Part shown: in pieces, positions 1-8,883 of the stretch
Layout of the letters: every line of letters starts with the position of its first letter
Position numbering within the stretch: position 1 is the first letter of the stretch
Origin: a virus
Taxonomy: Duplodnaviria > Caudoviricetes
IMG/VR virus record: IMGVR_UViG_3300030333_007498
Coordinates: 1-28,278 of that record
Strand: one strand, 5' to 3'
DNA: 28,278 nucleotides
Notes under the pieces: model-generated
Database searches by the model: none
What the model was told of the DNA's origin: nothing
The model's input: the letters and a program-made list of their open reading frames with translations, nothing else
Made by a program: the position numbers and the translations under genes

Positions 1-492
1 GATGTGGGAGATTACGCTGTTGGAGGAGATTTATATGACTATACATTCGTGGATAGGAAATCTTACCAGGATTTCTGTGCTACAGTTACAAATGGTTACG
101 GAAGGTTTGTAAAAGAGTTAGAAAGGTGTAGATCAATGGGATGTATGTTGTTTGTAGTCACTGAGACAGCATTTAATAAAATGTGGGCCAACAATAAAGC
201 GGGATACAAAAAATTTAACTTAGATTATGTTTACCATAGAATGCGAGAGATACAAGCTGACTATTCAGATTGTTGTCAATTTGTGTTCAGTGGGTCTAGG
301 GCTAAAAGCGAAGAGATAATACCCAAAATTCTTGTTTTAGGGAAAAAACTTTGGACAGTGGATGTTCAGTATTTTTGGGATAAACAACTTAAAAAAGATG
401 GCTTGGGAAACAGGAATACAGAAACTCCACAGAGAGTTCAAAGATATAAATCAGCTAATTCTAGACAAAGAGGGATATTTAGAGGAAACTGA
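1..492 (+). CDS. ERCC4/XPF-like nuclease domain protein (5'-truncated by window edge)
   Basis: Frame is open from base 1. GDY...FVDRKSYQDF matches the ERCC4 GDxnERKx3D motif (Asp in place of Glu). It is followed by RFVKELER...LFVVTE, as typical of ERCC4 domains. Confidence 0.7.
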   Translation, partial: DVGDYAVGGDLYDYTFVDRKSYQDFCATVTNGYGRFVKELERCRSMGCMLFVVTETAFNKMWANNKAGYKKFNLDYVYHRMREIQADYSDCCQFVFSGSRAKSEEIIPKILVLGKKLWTVDVQYFWDKQLKKDGLGNRNTETPQRVQRYKSANSRQRGIFRGN

Positions 493-2263
493 AGCAAAAC
501 TTTTGCTTTATAAGTTTCTTAGGGAAAATCCTTCCTTTGCATGTGAATTGTTCACTGGAGTCAAGTTATTTCCATTTCAGCATATGGCTATTAAGGCCAT
601 GATGGAGTCTGACTACTTTTTGGGCATATGGAGTCGGGGAATGTCTAAAAGCTTCTCTACGGGCATTTTCGCGCTCTTAGACGCTATTCTGAATCAGGGT
701 GTTCAGATAGGTATTCTCTCTAAGTCTTTCAGGCAGTCAAAGATGATCTTCAAAAAGATAGAAGATATATCTAAAAGCCCCAAGGCTACATTTTTTTCAC
801 AGTGCATTACTAGAGTCTCAAAGATGAATGATGAGTGGGTGATGGAGATTGGGCAAAGTAGTATTCGCGCCCTGCCACTGGGGGATGGTGAGAAACTCAG
901 GGGATTTCGTTTCCAAAGAATGATTATTGATGAGTTATTGTTGATGCCTGAGAAAATCTATAACGAAGTTATTATTCCCTTCCTTTCTGTAGTAGAGAAC
1001 CCTACAGAGCGACAAGAAGTATATGATTTAGAAACTCAAATGATCGCCAAAGGTAAGATGAAGGAGGAGGATAGAAGGCGCTGGCCGAACAACAAAATCA
1101 TTGGTTTATCTTCCGCCTCTTACAAATTCGAATACCTTTATAAGATATATCAGCAATATGAGAGCCTGATTCTTAATGAAAACAAACAGGATGGAGCACA
1201 TAGAACTATTATGCACTTTAGTTATGATTGCGCTCCAGAGCAGCTTTATGATCAAAACTTAATAAGCCAATCTAAAGCAACAATGAGTGATTCTCAGTTT
1301 GATAGGGAATTTGGTGCTATATTTACAGATGACAGTTCAGGATATTTTAAAGTTAGTAAAATGGCAGAATGCACTCTGGCAGATGGAGAGGGTCAATGTG
1401 TAGAGGTGGTAGGAAACCCAAAAGACGAATACATTTTAGCTTTTGACCCTTCTTGGTCAGAAAGTGAAAGCTCTGACGATTTCGCGATGCTAGTTATTAA
1501 GTTAAATCGCGATACCCGAAAAGGAACAGTTGTTCATAGCTACGCTCTATCTGGAGCCAACCTTAAAACTCATATAAAATATGCCGCTTATCTATTAACT
1601 CACTTTAATATTGTTGCGGTAGTGGGAGACTACAATGGAGGAGTTCAATTTCTTAATTCTTGTAATGAGAGTGATATATTTAAAAGAAAGAATTTAAAAC
1701 TAGGAGTTATTGAGGCTGACCTAGATAAAGCGCAGGATTACGAGAAAAACTTAAGGAGAGTTAAAAACCAATACAACTTGAGTAGCAAAAACATAGTCTT
1801 TTTGAGAAAACCAACATCTGCATGGATAAGGATTGCCAATGAGTCTCTTCAATCTGCATTTGATCATAAGAGGATATTCTTTGCAGGAGCCGCGATGAAC
1901 GATGATTACAACAATCAAAGGAAGTCTAGAGTGCCTATAAAAGAATTAAAATTCATCCGAAATGATCCTAACGAAAGAGGAACTGATGGTGCAAGAATGA
2001 TTGATTTTGTCGAACACCAAAAGGACATGATGGACTTAATTAAAGTTCAATGTGCTTTGATACAAATTACAACTTCTTTGCAAGGGACACAAAGTTTTGA
2101 TTTACCCCCTAACTTAAGAAAGCAAAGTGGTGCAGATAAAGCTAGAAAAGACTCTTATTCTGCATTAGTTTTAGGTAATTGGGCTATGAATGTTTTCTAC
2201 GATATGAATTCGGAAAACATAAACAACACCCAAGCCACCTTTACTCCAATGTTCATTTCTTAA
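398..2263 (+). CDS. terL: Terminase large subunit
   Basis: FPFQ adenine-binding motif, Walker A-like SRGMSKS, LRGFRF plus Walker B MIIDE, coupling motif LSSA, RNase H-like nuclease AFDPS and terminal KDSYSAL. Lies upstream of the portal. Start taken at ATG 398 (MAWETG) rather than 362. Confidence 0.9.
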   Translation: MAWETGIQKLHREFKDINQLILDKEGYLEETEAKLLLYKFLRENPSFACELFTGVKLFPFQHMAIKAMMESDYFLGIWSRGMSKSFSTGIFALLDAILNQGVQIGILSKSFRQSKMIFKKIEDISKSPKATFFSQCITRVSKMNDEWVMEIGQSSIRALPLGDGEKLRGFRFQRMIIDELLLMPEKIYNEVIIPFLSVVENPTERQEVYDLETQMIAKGKMKEEDRRRWPNNKIIGLSSASYKFEYLYKIYQQYESLILNENKQDGAHRTIMHFSYDCAPEQLYDQNLISQSKATMSDSQFDREFGAIFTDDSSGYFKVSKMAECTLADGEGQCVEVVGNPKDEYILAFDPSWSESESSDDFAMLVIKLNRDTRKGTVVHSYALSGANLKTHIKYAAYLLTHFNIVAVVGDYNGGVQFLNSCNESDIFKRKNLKLGVIEADLDKAQDYEKNLRRVKNQYNLSSKNIVFLRKPTSAWIRIANESLQSAFDHKRIFFAGAAMNDDYNNQRKSRVPIKELKFIRNDPNERGTDGARMIDFVEHQKDMMDLIKVQCALIQITTSLQGTQSFDLPPNLRKQSGADKARKDSYSALVLGNWAMNVFYDMNSENINNTQATFTPMFIS

Positions 2264-2288
2264 CTTTTAAAAGTTGAAAGTTAACTTT
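2262..2288. repeat. Two adjacent perfect palindromes (AACTTTTAAAAGTT 2262-2275; AAAGTTAACTTT 2277-2288)
   Basis: Read directly from the terL-portal intergenic sequence. Confidence 0.8.
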
Positions 2289-2291
2289 GGG

Positions 2292-2297
2292 GTGTAA
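2292..2297 (+). promoter_or_regulatory. GTGTAA motif, putative phage late promoter element
   Basis: 14 nt upstream of the portal ATG; the same motif precedes several structural genes. Confidence 0.55.
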
Positions 2298-2311
2298 TAT
2301 GAATTAAATCT

Positions 2312-4279
2312 ATGGCCAAGAGAAAATATACAAAGCGTTCAGAGTATTGGAACCAGTTTAACCCTAAAGATCATCCCTCTCGTCCACAGGAGCAAGATGT
2401 CTCTCCAGAATTTATGGGAGAGCCATTTTATACCGCAGATGCTTCGTATGGAGAGGTTTCTAAGGCCAGAAGGCAGGGACTTACAGATCAGGCTTTTAAA
2501 GGATCAAGAACAAATAGGGTGGCTTTCCGTAACCCTGTAGATAGATTCGCTAGTATTCGCATTGGAATGTTGCCATACGAATATGCTGCTGATGGTGTTA
2601 CCTGTCGTGATGCTATTGAGCTATGTCAAAAAGCTTATGCGAATGTTGCGGTTTTTAGAAATGCGGTAGACATCATGTCGGAATTTACCAATACCGATCT
2701 TTACCTAGAGGGAGGAACTAAGAAAAGCAGGGAGTTTTTTTATGAGTGGTTTAAAAGAATTAATATTATTAATTTAAAGGATCAGTATTTCAGGGAATAC
2801 TACAGAAGTGGAAACATTTTTTTGTATCGGGTAGACGGCAAATTTAAAGCGGGAGATTACGCAAAATTAATAAATCAAGTCGGATCAATAAGTCCATCTA
2901 CCAATAAAATTCCTTTACGTTATGTTTTGCTTAATCCTTATGACATCATAGCAACTAGAGCTACAGGTTTTACAAATGGGGGAGTTTACAAAAAAGTTTT
3001 ATCTGAATATGAAATTGCTAGGCTGGCGAACCCACAAACAGATGAGGATTTTGGAATTTTTGAAGCATTGGAGCCAGAGGCACAAGAGTCTATCAGAGAT
3101 GGATCTTATACAAGAAGAGGCATAGAATTAAACCTTGACCCCGAAAAGCTTTCTTTTTCTTTTTATAAGAAACAGGATTATGAGCCATTTGCGGTTCCAT
3201 TTGGTTTTCCAGTTCTTGAGGACATCAATGCGAAGATGGAGCTTAAGAAAATGGATCAAGCTATCACTAGAACGGTTGAAAATGTAATCTTGCTTATTAC
3301 AATGGGGGCTGATCCAGATAAGGGGGGAGTTAATCCTAACAACCTCGCTGCAATGCAGAACTTATTTAAAAACGAAAGCGTTGGTAGGGTTTTAGTTTCC
3401 GATTATACCACTAAAGCGGAGTTTATTATTCCCGAACTAAACCTAGTCTTAGGTCCAGAAAAATACCAAATTTTAAATGAGGACATAAAGCAGGGTCTCC
3501 AGAATATCGTGGTAGGGGAGGAGAAGTTTAACTCTACTCAGGTAAAAGCTCAGATCTTTATTGATAGGTTACAAGAGTCTCGCTATGGCTTTTTAAATGA
3601 ATTTTTAAACAGAGAGATTAAGAGAATAGCTAAAGATTTAGGTTTCCGTTCATGGCCTGAGGCAAGAATGAAAGATATTGACATGAGGGATGAGGTGCAG
3701 CTTATGAAGGCATCTACTAGATTAATGGAGTTGGGTATCATTACCCCCAAACAAGGCATGGAGATGTTCCACAATGGGAGGTTCCCTGAACCTGATGAGC
3801 TTAATAAGTCTCAGAAAGAGTTTCTTGAAGAGAGGGAACAGGGTTACTACAACCCAATAGTTGGAGGAGTTCCTGTTTTTAGTCCAAACGGCAAGACAAA
3901 AGGACCGCCTAAACCTAGTGGACGGCCAGAAGGAACAACAGATATTCCCCTTGCAAACGCAAAATATTCCAGAGCAAGCATCCAAAAGACTATCTATGAT
4001 ATAGACGGGTTAATTCACGAAGCAAAGGCTAAATTAACTAAAAAGCTAAAAACAAAAGAACTTACTAGTGACCAACAAGAAATGGCAAGTAGCTTATGTG
4101 AATCTATCGTTTGCTCAAAGTCTAAAGAATATTGGGGAGAAACTCTAGAATCGTGTGTAAAGGATTTTAACGAAATAGAAAATTTAGATACTTTAAAAGA
4201 AGTTTTAGATATTTCTGCCGAACACACTTTAGAAACATATCCATCAGCCATTTTATATCATAGCCATGAAAGAGAGTAA
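2312..4279 (+). CDS. Portal protein
   Basis: 655 aa, between terminase and head genes. Portal-like segments (AYANVAVFRNAVDIMSEF, YYRSGNIFLY, helical stem, GIITPKQG). Pro/Gly linker followed by a C-terminal extension. Confidence 0.8.
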   Translation: MAKRKYTKRSEYWNQFNPKDHPSRPQEQDVSPEFMGEPFYTADASYGEVSKARRQGLTDQAFKGSRTNRVAFRNPVDRFASIRIGMLPYEYAADGVTCRDAIELCQKAYANVAVFRNAVDIMSEFTNTDLYLEGGTKKSREFFYEWFKRINIINLKDQYFREYYRSGNIFLYRVDGKFKAGDYAKLINQVGSISPSTNKIPLRYVLLNPYDIIATRATGFTNGGVYKKVLSEYEIARLANPQTDEDFGIFEALEPEAQESIRDGSYTRRGIELNLDPEKLSFSFYKKQDYEPFAVPFGFPVLEDINAKMELKKMDQAITRTVENVILLITMGADPDKGGVNPNNLAAMQNLFKNESVGRVLVSDYTTKAEFIIPELNLVLGPEKYQILNEDIKQGLQNIVVGEEKFNSTQVKAQIFIDRLQESRYGFLNEFLNREIKRIAKDLGFRSWPEARMKDIDMRDEVQLMKASTRLMELGIITPKQGMEMFHNGRFPEPDELNKSQKEFLEEREQGYYNPIVGGVPVFSPNGKTKGPPKPSGRPEGTTDIPLANAKYSRASIQKTIYDIDGLIHEAKAKLTKKLKTKELTSDQQEMASSLCESIVCSKSKEYWGETLESCVKDFNEIENLDTLKEVLDISAEHTLETYPSAILYHSHERE

Positions 4280-4805
4280 CTGCGACATCGAAGTATCCAT
4301 TTCTGCTGAAGAAATTGAAGCAAAACTAGATAAGAAGCAATACGACAAAATTGATAAAAAAGAACTCAAGCAAGACACCAAAAAGGAAAAAGTCGAGCAT
4401 GAGAAGGACGCTATCAAAGACGATAAGAGTAAGATCAAAAAGCTAGATAAAGGTGCTCCTTCAGAGAAAAAAGACGCAGAGAAAAAGGCTTTAAAGAAAG
4501 ATATGAAGTTCGATAAGGACTCGGAAGAAAAAATGAAGGCTCAAATGGCTAAAGATGGTAAATACAAAGGTAAGCCAGCTAAAGCTGACATGACGAGCAA
4601 GCAAAAATCTGGTTTAGATAAAAACAAAGATGGCAAGATTACCAAGGAGGACTTTGAGTTACTCCGTAAAAAAGGTAAAAAAGAAGCTGACGGTGGATAC
4701 GGTGGGGGAGATATGAAAAAGAAGGTTACTCCCAAAAAGAGTTATGCCCAGATGCTCACAGATATTGCTGCCGAAAGATTCGGTAAAAAAAAAGAAGCGA
4801 GCTAA
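4266..4805 (+). CDS. Lys/Asp/Glu-rich head-module protein with one EF-hand-like loop
   Basis: Highly charged low-complexity 179 aa. DKNKDGKITKED (4617-4652) fits the 12-residue EF-hand loop. Overlaps the end of the portal gene. Confidence 0.7.
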   Translation: MKESNCDIEVSISAEEIEAKLDKKQYDKIDKKELKQDTKKEKVEHEKDAIKDDKSKIKKLDKGAPSEKKDAEKKALKKDMKFDKDSEEKMKAQMAKDGKYKGKPAKADMTSKQKSGLDKNKDGKITKEDFELLRKKGKKEADGGYGGGDMKKKVTPKKSYAQMLTDIAAERFGKKKEAS

Positions 4806-5002
4806 AGGATAGCGATTTTCTTGATCCTAAAAGAAGGTCTTTCCCAGTATTATCAGCTAGAGACGTAAAAAACGCAGTTAGTAGTTGGGGTCGATATGAA
4901 GGATCAATGAGTTTTGAACAGTTTAAAAGCAAACTTATCAAAAGAGCTAAAAAAATAGGAGCAGAAAGTGCTCTACCCACAAGCTGGATGGAGAAAAAAT
5001 AA
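4787..5002 (+). CDS. Start-less -1-frame extension of the 4266 ORF (DUF6582-like small domain); not in the ORF track
   Basis: Translates as KKRSELKDSDFLDPKRRSFPVLSARDVKNAVSSWGRYEGSMSFEQFKSKLIKRAKKIGAESALPTSWMEKK*. Bounded upstream by in-frame TAA 4784-4786. Its stop overlaps the next ATG (TAATG 5000-5004), and it fills the gap exactly. Confidence 0.75.
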   Translation, partial: KKRSELKDSDFLDPKRRSFPVLSARDVKNAVSSWGRYEGSMSFEQFKSKLIKRAKKIGAESALPTSWMEKK

Positions 5003-6492
5003 TGGATTATAAATATACTACAACATTTGAAGCTCTCTTACTTCCTTGTGAAATCAATGAAGCGTCTCTGATTTCGAAAGCTTCTTTAGAAAACCTAGAG
5101 CCTTTAGTCCCAAAAGATATAAATTACGAAAGCAACAAGGATCTTTTGGGTGTTGCCTTCAACGCTGCGGTAGTAAATAAATTCAATAAAAATGGTGATG
5201 GGATGGATACTTCTACTGCGGTGAAGTATACTAAAAACTTTATCCATAAGCCCACAAACATAGAACACGACAAACAAAAAGTTGTGGGTCATATTGTTTC
5301 TGCGGGATACAGCGATTTTAGTTCAAGTCGCTTGTTGGGGGAAGAAGAAGTAAAAACAACTCAAGAACCTTTTAATATCGCTCTTGGGGCAGTTTTATAC
5401 AAAACAGTTAATCCTAGTTTTACAAATTTAGTGGAAAAATCTTTAGACCCCGAAGATAACGCTTATCAGAAAGTATCGGCTAGCTGGGAGGTTGGGTTTA
5501 ATGATTTTGTTTTAGCGGTTGGAAGTGACATTTTAAGTGATGCAAAAATCGTTAGTGATCCTGAGGAAATCATGGAATTACAAGGTAATTTAAGGAGTTA
5601 TGGGGGATCTGGCAAAACTGATGATGGTGAAGATATTTATCGCTTAATCATGGGTGATATATACCCATTGGGAATTGCATATACAATGAATCCCGCTGCC
5701 GATGTGAAAGGGTTGTATGGGGAAAGTCCCAAAACCAACAAAGTTTTTATAAATGATAAACGTGATAAAATTTCACAAAATAATAATTTAAATGTAAACA
5801 ACCAAAAGAACATCATTGATATGGAACTTGAAAAGACTCTTAACGAACTAAAGGATCTTCTTAACGAGAAGAAATTCTCTAAAGAAGCTGTCGCTTCAAT
5901 GACCGATACTTTTGCAGACGCTATTCGCCAACGCGACGAGCAATATCGCAAAGATATCGAGGAGCAGCGATTGGCTAAAGAAGGTAAAATCAAAGAAATG
6001 GAAGACCTCAAGTCTTCTGTGGCTGAACTTGAAGAAAAGCTTGGCTCTGCCAACGAGCGGATTTCTCACTTCGAAAATGAGAAAAAAGCCAATGAAGCTG
6101 TAGCAGCCTTCAATCAGCGCATGGAAGATATTGACGAAAAATTTGAACTTGATGATCAAGATCGCGAATTTCTCGCTTCCGAACTTAAGAGTCTAGAAGA
6201 TCAAGAAGCTTACGAGGCATTCGCTTCCAAACTTGAAGTCTTGTGGAAACACAAGAACAAAGAGGTTCAAGCTGAATTTGATGCTCAGATTCAAGCCCGT
6301 ATTGACGAAGAAGTCGCAAAAAGGGTCTCTAATGCTTCTGAGGAAGAAGTTGAAGTAGAGAAAGCCCTTGATGAAGCTGAAGACGTAGACGCACCAGTTG
6401 CTAACTCAAACGAAGCTGTCGCTTCAGAGGAGCCTAGTTTGCGTGATAAATTTAAAGCCGCATTCTCTCGCGACAATATTGAAATTTCTTAA
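5002..6492 (+). CDS. Prohead protease fused to scaffolding protein
   Basis: N-terminal domain has NKNGD, NIEHD (candidate catalytic His), VSASWEV (candidate Ser) and NPAA. C-terminal ~220 aa is an acidic coiled coil. Lies between portal and capsid genes. Confidence 0.8.
   Translation: MDYKYTTTFEALLLPCEINEASLISKASLENLEPLVPKDINYESNKDLLGVAFNAAVVNKFNKNGDGMDTSTAVKYTKNFIHKPTNIEHDKQKVVGHIVSAGYSDFSSSRLLGEEEVKTTQEPFNIALGAVLYKTVNPSFTNLVEKSLDPEDNAYQKVSASWEVGFNDFVLAVGSDILSDAKIVSDPEEIMELQGNLRSYGGSGKTDDGEDIYRLIMGDIYPLGIAYTMNPAADVKGLYGESPKTNKVFINDKRDKISQNNNLNVNNQKNIIDMELEKTLNELKDLLNEKKFSKEAVASMTDTFADAIRQRDEQYRKDIEEQRLAKEGKIKEMEDLKSSVAELEEKLGSANERISHFENEKKANEAVAAFNQRMEDIDEKFELDDQDREFLASELKSLEDQEAYEAFASKLEVLWKHKNKEVQAEFDAQIQARIDEEVAKRVSNASEEEVEVEKALDEAEDVDAPVANSNEAVASEEPSLRDKFKAAFSRDNIEIS
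5781..5801 (+). promoter_or_regulatory. Putative internal late promoter upstream of the scaffold start (ATG 5821)
   Basis: TAATAATTTAAATGTAAACAA is 18/21 identical to the element upstream of the tail tube gene. It lies 19 nt before the in-frame Met274. Confidence 0.55.
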
Positions 6493-6509
6493 TTTAACAC
6501 TAAAAAATT

Positions 6510-7175
6510 ATGGCATTACGAATTCTACCATTCAGACAATACTCTGATCATGATGTCATTAACATGTATTCCGTTTTGGACTTCGATGTTAATGATAACA
6601 CTATCGACTCAGGTCGCGGAGACGCTGGCATGTTTGTCAAGATAGCAGACGGAAACTTCGATAACGATCCAGTAACCTATCAAACGAATACTTACTTAGG
6701 TAAGAATGATTATCCGTTTCTTGGGACTACGGAGATGTATCCTGAAGTTAATCTTAAAGTTACAGGAGCAAAAGATGAAGATCACGCTATCGGCATGACT
6801 CTTTATCAGACTGCTAAGAACGACGAGAACGGGCAAAAGTTGCTTTACAACCCAGAAAAACAAGAAGAAGCACAGGCGATGTTACCAGGACAAGCTGTTC
6901 CTATCGCTACTAAAGGTATCTTTACTTTAGCTTCTTCAGCTTTTGACGGACCTATCACTAGCTTTGCCCCAGGAAACAGGATTAAGCTTTCCTCTAACGC
7001 TGGTAAAATTACTGGTTTCTCTACTGTCACCGCTGCAACTATCACCACTGGTGACTTGGTTGACGAGGACAAAGTATTCGGTCACGTTCTTGGAACAGGC
7101 ACTCGCTCTAATGTCGGAATCACTACTGATCAGTTCTCTGGTGATTATATCGTTGTATCATTTGATTGTAACTAA
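6510..7175 (+). CDS. Probable head decoration/cement protein
   Basis: 221 aa, beta-rich, Gly/Thr-rich, located between scaffold and major capsid genes. Assignment mostly from gene order. Confidence 0.6.
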   Translation: MALRILPFRQYSDHDVINMYSVLDFDVNDNTIDSGRGDAGMFVKIADGNFDNDPVTYQTNTYLGKNDYPFLGTTEMYPEVNLKVTGAKDEDHAIGMTLYQTAKNDENGQKLLYNPEKQEEAQAMLPGQAVPIATKGIFTLASSAFDGPITSFAPGNRIKLSSNAGKITGFSTVTAATITTGDLVDEDKVFGHVLGTGTRSNVGITTDQFSGDYIVVSFDCN

Positions 7176-7196
7176 TTTCAGAAAGGATTTTTTATT

Positions 7197-8342
7197 ATGA
7201 ATATTACTTTAAAAAGAACTCCAGAGCAGATTGAGCTTGTAAAAGCTATGGCTTCTCGCAACCGCAATGTTGCATACGAAGCTCAAGTAGCACTTGCTGA
7301 GTTTATCGGACCTGTATTGGCCGAAGTTCTCAACAATGCTCCTACAGTGAGTAACTTGTTCAAGTCTCTTAATTTTGATGCTGATGATAACCCAAGCATC
7401 CCTCTTGATCTCTACTACGATATCGCTGACGAAGATTACGTCAGGATTTGGAGTCAGACTCACGCAGGTGGTCTTCCCAGTAACCAAGTGTTGCCAACCG
7501 CTTCTGAATTGAAAGTGGCTACTTACAACCTTAATGCTGCGGTTGATTTTGATCGTCGTTATGCTGCTAAAAGCCGCATGGACGTTGTTGGCAAAACCTT
7601 TACTCGCGTTGCACAAGAGCTTCTTCTTAAGCAGGAGCGCACTTCCGCTACTTTGCTTATGACTTCTCTTGCAAACGCTACTATTAAAACCTCTCCTCTT
7701 ACGGGTGATGGTCAGGTATTCCGTTCCGTTGTCGCAGGACAACTCCTTATGGATGACTTTAATAATCTTTCAACTCTTGCAAAGCGTATTAATAGTTCAT
7801 GGATTGGTGGAACTCCTACTACTCGCGTTCGTGGAATTACGGATCTTATCATGTCTCCTGAGGTTGTAGCTAGCATTCGCTCAATGGCTTATAACCCAGT
7901 TAACACTAAGGTGAACACTGGAACTGCGGATAAGGATAGCACGGCACTTGCTGCCCCAGATTCTGTTCGCGAAGAGCTTTACAGAAATGCTGGCATCAAC
8001 AGCTTCATGGGTCTCAATATCCTTGAGTTTAATGAGATGGGTAAAGGAGAGAAGTTTAACACTCTCTTCGATACTGCTGCTGGATCAACTGATTACTACA
8101 AGTTCGATAACACTGGTGGTGCAGCCTTTAACGGAGCTACTACTCAAATCGTTGTCGGTGTTGATCGTAGCCGCGATTCTCTCATGAGGGTTGTTGCTAC
8201 TGATTCCGAAAGCGGAAGCGAAATGACTCTTCTTGCTGACGATCAGTATAGCGTTCGCCAGAACAAGATCGGCTACTACGGCTCAATCGAAGAAGGTCGT
8301 GTGGTTCTTGATAACCGTGTTCTTTGCGGAGTTATCGTTTAA
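7197..8342 (+). CDS. Major capsid protein (HK97 fold expected)
   Basis: 381 aa, last gene of the head operon, followed by a strong terminator. Contains LIMSPE...FMGLNILE and terminal EEGRVVLDNR patterns typical of capsid proteins. AAGGA upstream. Confidence 0.85.
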   Translation: MNITLKRTPEQIELVKAMASRNRNVAYEAQVALAEFIGPVLAEVLNNAPTVSNLFKSLNFDADDNPSIPLDLYYDIADEDYVRIWSQTHAGGLPSNQVLPTASELKVATYNLNAAVDFDRRYAAKSRMDVVGKTFTRVAQELLLKQERTSATLLMTSLANATIKTSPLTGDGQVFRSVVAGQLLMDDFNNLSTLAKRINSSWIGGTPTTRVRGITDLIMSPEVVASIRSMAYNPVNTKVNTGTADKDSTALAAPDSVREELYRNAGINSFMGLNILEFNEMGKGEKFNTLFDTAAGSTDYYKFDNTGGAAFNGATTQIVVGVDRSRDSLMRVVATDSESGSEMTLLADDQYSVRQNKIGYYGSIEEGRVVLDNRVLCGVIV

Positions 8343-8366
8343 TCAGCGATTCTCACATTTAAAAGA

Positions 8367-8398
8367 AGCCGCTCCCTTCGGGGGGCGGCTTTTTTTTT
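8367..8398 (+). terminator. Rho-independent terminator
   Basis: AGCCGCTCCC-TTCG-GGGGGCGGCT stem with cUUCGg loop, followed by T8. Confidence 0.93.
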
Positions 8399-8414
8399 GT
8401 AATTTATTATTTAA

Positions 8415-8420
8415 GTGTAT
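8415..8420 (+). promoter_or_regulatory. GTGTAT variant of putative late promoter motif
   Basis: Immediately after the terminator and 10 nt before ATG 8431; overlaps a TATAAT-like sequence. Confidence 0.5.
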
Positions 8421-8430
8421 ATAATATTGT

Positions 8431-8880
8431 ATGGCTAAAAAGAAAACAGCTAAAAATAAGGAGCAACCATTTAAGGAAGTTACAACAGGGCAAGAACAAC
8501 CTGCTAAAAAGGGCTTGCTGGAGGAGCTTGAGGAATTGAAACAAAAGGGAGAGACTAGCACAGCTAGATACAGAGATCTCTTACAGGAGGCAGAAGTTAT
8601 CTTTGGAACAGGAGAAATGAACTCTTTTGGGACTAATGATCCAGATGCCCTTAAGGACAGATTATCTAAAATGAGTAAAGCTGATCTTCAGACCTTTTCT
8701 AAAAAAGTAGGGATTAATCCTTTCTATGAAAAAGAAACTGTAATTGATAATATCATGAAAGAATTTCATCGTTATCAAAACAGGACTACAGCTTTCGCGG
8801 CACCGCAACCTATTGAGACACCCGTATTAGATCCAAATAACCCTCAACATAAAGAACTTATTGATTGGTTAAATGGCTAA
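8431..8880 (+). CDS. Hypothetical protein with Rho-N/HeH-like motif
   Basis: 149 aa. LSKMSKADLQTFSKKVGI...KETVIDNI resembles a helix-extended-helix nucleic-acid-binding motif. Confidence 0.6.
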   Translation: MAKKKTAKNKEQPFKEVTTGQEQPAKKGLLEELEELKQKGETSTARYRDLLQEAEVIFGTGEMNSFGTNDPDALKDRLSKMSKADLQTFSKKVGINPFYEKETVIDNIMKEFHRYQNRTTAFAAPQPIETPVLDPNNPQHKELIDWLNG

Positions 8881-8883
8881 ACG

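Noticed and set aside
362-397. Longer terminase start at ATG 362
   Set aside because: Adds 12 residues deeper inside the upstream gene's coding core; ATG 398 after an A-rich tract is more plausible.
5050-6430. Repeated xxA/S sites (INEAS, ISKAS, AVAS, SNAS) as assemblin-like cleavage sites
   Set aside because: Ala-Ser is common in this composition and cannot be told from chance without proteomics.
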